DNA of 64,000 nucleotides from Ptychodera flava (Eukaryota): NCBI RefSeq assembly GCF_041260155.1, contig NW_027248355.1, positions 2,516,078 to 2,580,077 of the forward strand, read 5' to 3'. Shown piece by piece: positions 60,116 to 64,000 of this stretch (position 1 is its first letter; each line of letters starts with the position of its first letter). The notes under the pieces were generated by a model. It saw only the letters and a program-made list of their open reading frames with translations, ran no database searches and was not told where the DNA came from. The position numbers and the translations under genes were made by a program.

Positions 60116-60147
<32 letters not shown>

Positions 60148-60193
60148 TCAGTATGTATGTATGTATGTATGTATGTATGTATGTATGTATGTA

Positions 60194-60236
<43 letters not shown>

Positions 60237-60268
60237 ATGTATGTATGTATGTATGTATGTATGTATGT
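60105..60268. repeat. Compound (TTTC)n(GTAT)n(GTCT)n(GTAT)n microsatellite
   Basis: Visible runs. Confidence 0.9.
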
Positions 60269-60556
60269 TACACCTTCGCACTAACTACAGAAATAAACCC
60301 GATAAAACACTTTTACTTAAATTTTTCCCTCGCTGCAACAACTCTATAGTCAAGGAGCATTAAGATGTGTAAACCGTATATTCAAAAAAGTTTCATAGAT
60401 ACATTTGGTAACAGAACATTTCATTTGAGAAAATAGATAGTGACAAAAGTTATGTCTCCATGATTTCCGGCTATAAATGATAGACAAATAAGTCAATCAA
60501 AGCCTCAGATTTCTTTTTTTTGTCAGTCTTTCTGTTTATCTTTGTTTGTCAGTGTG

Positions 60557-60667
<111 letters not shown>

Positions 60668-61140
60668 ATCGCTGAATGCTGTTCATGAATTTCGAAAGGT
60701 ACAAAACCAATCTTTATTGAAATCACAGAAGAGTGATCACAAATGATACCGTTGAAACAGTTGTCAGAATAATCTATCAGACTGCCGAGCTATTAATATT
60801 GACCAGTCAGTCGTCACATATCTGTCCCACAGTTTAACAAGTATCATTTTTGTCTCGTGAGCGATTATAGCGTTGTTCTGATTTTGAAAAAAATGTTAAG
60901 AATTATTGACTTCTTTATAAATGTATTGAAATGTCGCAAAATTGGTACACTTTGTGTTGAAAAATGCTGACTGTCGAATAACCTGTATTTATGCGAGTAA
61001 ACTGAGCAAAATGGATGTTGGCTTTTCCCCCCTGTTTTATAATCGACTATTCTTAATCGACCAGCTTTTGAATAGCGTGTGTTCTGACCAGTCAACAGTT
61101 AACAATTCATTATCACATTGATCAACGTCAGGTCAGGTTT

Positions 61141-61387
61141 CTATGTCTGTCTCTTCTCCAGCCATTCTCTGATTTCGTCCGTCATCAGATGTAATGGAGA
61201 CATCACTTGACTCATTAAATTCCTCCCAGAATACACCAGTCGGCCATCTTCAATGATAAAGACTTTGTCAGGGTGTGCCATAAATGCATTGTCGAAGCTA
61301 TCATCCATGTCGTCAACCAATACACGAACTTTGCTGAAATCGTTGTGATCAGCTGTCATCAGATTTGGATTCAGCTCAACCAAGTCT
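61141..61387 (-). CDS. Deiodinase-like selenoprotein gene B, exon 3 (stop at 61141–61143)
   Basis: tgcag|a at 61387; R+DLVELNPNLMTADHNDFSKVRVLVDDMDDSFDNAFMAHPDKVFIIEDGRLVYSGRNLMSQVMSPLHLMTDEIREWLEKRQT*. Confidence 0.7.
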
Positions 61388-62329
61388 CTGCATGATGTAA
61401 ATGAATATTAAATATTGTTTGTTTCTTTTTATAAAACAGGTCTTTACTAAGCCAATAGGTCAACGTAGCAGTAACACTGCGCGTAGGCAGTAGCAGGACA
61501 GTAGCTGTACAAACTTTGATAATTTTCACAATAATTTTGTTCAGTTTTCCTACATCGTGTTGAACTGTCCAGTGTTCAGCTTGCGAACACAGCCTGTGAA
61601 TACGTATTCCGCATTTGTATCATTGACAAATACTTTCACTCCGGACTGTAATTCATTGGTTCTACTCCGGAATAAAAAGGACATGATGCGTTTTACAGAC
61701 TCAGTACGCCTAAGAGATCACGTGATTGCGGTACAAACAAACCCACATGTGTACTAGCGCGTGTGGAAATACACGTTCGCCTATGCGCGTTTACACACGT
61801 GGGTTTGTTTTTACCGTGGTTCATTCGAATTCCGGGTTTGACCTATCATCACCTTATATTCATATATGCAGACTTTTGTCAACAAACTGAATATTGTGTA
61901 TTTGAGCATGCTCTACGCAGACAGCAAGAAACTGTATCGGATGTACTGCACAGACATATTAAAAACAACTATCAACAGTTGCAGCTTCTGCCCAAATAAC
62001 AGGCCTACTTGTTTAAGTTTTTACGAACATTCATACATTTTAAGATTTTTTTCGAGATAAAAGTAATAAATTGCAACAAAATGGTTCTGGATCTTGTTAT
62101 CACTAACATTAAAACAATTGGATGACATTTTAATGTTATTAAATTTGATTGGATTACCCATGAAACCTTGTATTATAAAATCGTAAAAATGAAACCAAAC
62201 AATTTTCAGGTCCCCCTATAGCCACAGCAAAACTTTCAATCCCCCCTCGCTACTTATCCCAATATTTTGCAACCCCCTTGAATTTCTCCAGCCCCCTCCC
62301 CTAACTCTTTATCGTGAACACAGCCTTAC

Positions 62330-62502
62330 CTTGCTCGTTGAATTCTCTCCTCCAGTGTCTTTGGATCCGGTTGACTGCTGAATCTCATTCCAACTTTCAT
62401 GCCGTCGGACGGATGAGCCTCTCGTATGTAAACGATTACGAAGTCAGCCTTGTCTTTGTAATCGGTGAAAAGTTTCCCCAGACCGCCGCCTTCAACAACA
62501 AC
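62330..62502 (-). CDS. Deiodinase-like gene B, exon 2
   Basis: cttatag|gtt...gca ag|gtaagg; VVVEGGGLGKLFTDYKDKADFVIVYIREAHPSDGMKVGMRFSSQPDPKTLEERIQRA. The motif ADFVIVYIREAHPSDGM is the hallmark deiodinase motif. Confidence 0.75.
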
Positions 62503-63291
62503 CTATAAGACCGAAATATCGCCTGTTTTGGATCGTCAGCTTTATCTCTAAACAAACTAATTAACAGGGCACAAATTTCAACAGAAAATAAAGGACTGAC
62601 ACCACATAATTAGTCTATGTTAACAAACACTGATGCAAAAACTGTGGATTGAGGACCGCCGCTTTAATGATCGTTTCGTACTGTAACGTTCGCTGTGCAA
62701 TAGTTGTTGTTATCCCGTATTGACATACATGCAGAAAATACCGTAGAGTCTAGATGTATACAAATTGATAAACAGGTTGGAGTGATCGTTAAGGATCTAG
62801 ATACAAAAAAAACCGTTGATTGGTTTGTACACGCGTACGTAACATGATTATAAGCCCGGGACGTTAATTTTAATGGCGTCACTATTGGTCAAAACAAGAG
62901 TCGTCAGTCAATATAACCAGATTTTAAAATGAAGATTCAGAAGAGGAATATTGGTCTCATCATTATGACCGTATCTCATCTGAGATTGGTCAATACTGTT
63001 TCGTATCTCCCGAACACGTTCAAGACTACTTATAGAATATGCCCATCATACAAATCTTACATTATAAAGCTTGAAACACTCTTTCAAGACGTGTTATAAA
63101 AATGATCTTGACGTTTGTAATTCTTTGACGATTATTGTGAAAATAGCATTGTTCTCCAAAGATGCAAGACTGTATTTTTATAGTGATATGTTAATTATTA
63201 GGAGATTCCTTCACTAAGAAGATGGATGTGAGCTGTAAGGTTTAGCCTGTATGTATAGCTAATGTAAAATAAACGCACCATCAGTATATAT

Positions 63292-63293
<2 letters not shown>

Positions 63294-63332
<39 letters not shown>
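63294..63332. repeat. (AG)n microsatellite
   Basis: Visible run. Confidence 0.9.
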
Positions 63333-63337
<5 letters not shown>

Positions 63338-63369
63338 ATCATGATAATTGCGATGATGATCTAACTTAC

Positions 63370-63543
63370 TCTTAACGTGGGTCAGCTAGCCGAGGAAGAT
63401 AAGATGCATAATGGTGCGTTTTTGCGGCGAATCAGATCAGTGAACCGCACAAGTTGTCCTGTTTTCATGGCAACAATTTTGACTTCTGGTATAGTATCGC
63501 CCTCAATAACACACTTGTCTAGGCTGCCATAGAAACGTGACAT
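63370..63543 (-). CDS. Deiodinase-like gene B, exon 1 with an in-frame TGA (Sec)
   Basis: ATG at 63543 (minus). MSRFYGSLDKCVIEGDTIPEVKIVAMKTGQLVRFTDLIRRKNAPLCILSSSAS-U-PTLR|gtaagt; phase 0, continuing into exon 2. Confidence 0.65.
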
Positions 63544-63640
63544 GTTCCGCCTTGCTGTCTTCGGCAGGTGATTTACCAGCTGAAATCGAAGTTACATAAT
63601 TGAACTATTTTTTATCTGCCAGTCTACAGATTATGATGAT

Positions 63641-63761
63641 TGTGGTGGTGGTGGTGGTGGTGGTAGTAGTGGTAGCGTTTGTAAAGTATACAGTGGCCAC
63701 AAATGTTAGTGATACCAGTAACCATTGCAAAGACAACGACGAGGACGACGACGACGACGAC

Positions 63762-63800
<39 letters not shown>

Positions 63801-63832
63801 AACGACGACAACAACGACGATTATGATGATAT

Positions 63833-63872
<40 letters not shown>
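63641..63872. repeat. Trinucleotide repeats: (GTG)n followed by a long (GAC)n/(GAT)n, ~100–330 bp upstream of the deiodinase gene B start codon
   Basis: Visible runs. They produce the poly-V/poly-D/poly-I artefact ORFs at 63600–63938. Confidence 0.9.
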
Positions 63873-64000
63873 ATGAAAATCACAACAGTGTTTGCATTCA
63901 TGTTTTGTACATGAGAACAGCATAAGTACCGGTGGCACTCTCTATGTAAATAATGATTAAAGTCAATTTCGCAGAGACGGAAGAGTAAAATTTTAGCTAA

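Noticed and set aside
63600-63938. 104-aa poly-D/poly-V/poly-I ORFs
   Set aside because: They are translation artefacts of the (GTG)n/(GAC/GAT)n trinucleotide repeats. Similar artefacts are the poly-SL ORFs at 26121–26348 over (CT)n, and the ORFs at 60078–60363 and 60523–60726.

Overview
This 64-kb window is eukaryotic nuclear DNA: AT-rich, with spliced multi-exon genes, GT..AG introns, microsatellites and abundant MITE and SINE-like repeats. It is not prokaryotic, and I found no CRISPR array or defence operon. The gene content and the Gmr1-like retroelement point to an invertebrate deuterostome (echinoderm or cephalochordate-like), but that is inference only.

Contents from left to right:

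- **1444–13857, first TRIM2/TRIM3-like gene.** It encodes an E3-ligase-like protein with RING, two B-boxes, a coiled coil, a filamin repeat and six NHL repeats. Its ORF is interrupted at 3369/3370 by a ~10.2-kb composite insertion (3370–13564). The last ~97 codons of the gene survive intact at 13565–13857.
- **3370–13564, the composite insertion.** It has degenerate inverted subterminal repeats. A foldback palindrome sits at 10353–10471.
- **3718–9985, nested LTR retrotransposon.** It is a young Ty3/gypsy element (571-bp LTRs ~99.6% identical, TG..CA ends, 4-bp ATAT duplication) with a tRNA-complementary primer-binding site and a polypurine tract. Its pol gene has the Gmr1-type order PR–INT–RT–RNaseH and is broken by frameshifts.
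- **18499–20702, tandem TRIM paralog.** It is otherwise intact but has a 1-bp frameshift in the RING-coding region (or a sequencing error).
- **22570–48609, NACHT (STAND NTPase)–WD40 gene.** It resembles the NWD/TEP1 class. I resolved 29 exons; the Walker-A exon(s) at the 5' end were not found. One 5.5-kb intron is filled with satellite-like tandem arrays.
- **52968–53049 (minus strand), tRNA-Leu(TAG)** with a Pol III T-run terminator.
- **Two tandem iodothyronine-deiodinase-like selenoprotein genes on the minus strand** (54719–56582 and 61141–63543). Each has three exons and an in-frame TGA (Sec) at the thioredoxin-fold active site.

Several MITE families (terminal AACCCTTT; a 410-bp element with 73-bp perfect inverted terminal repeats, TIRs), a ~350-bp SINE-like dispersed family (at least 8 copies) and many microsatellites are scattered through the window.
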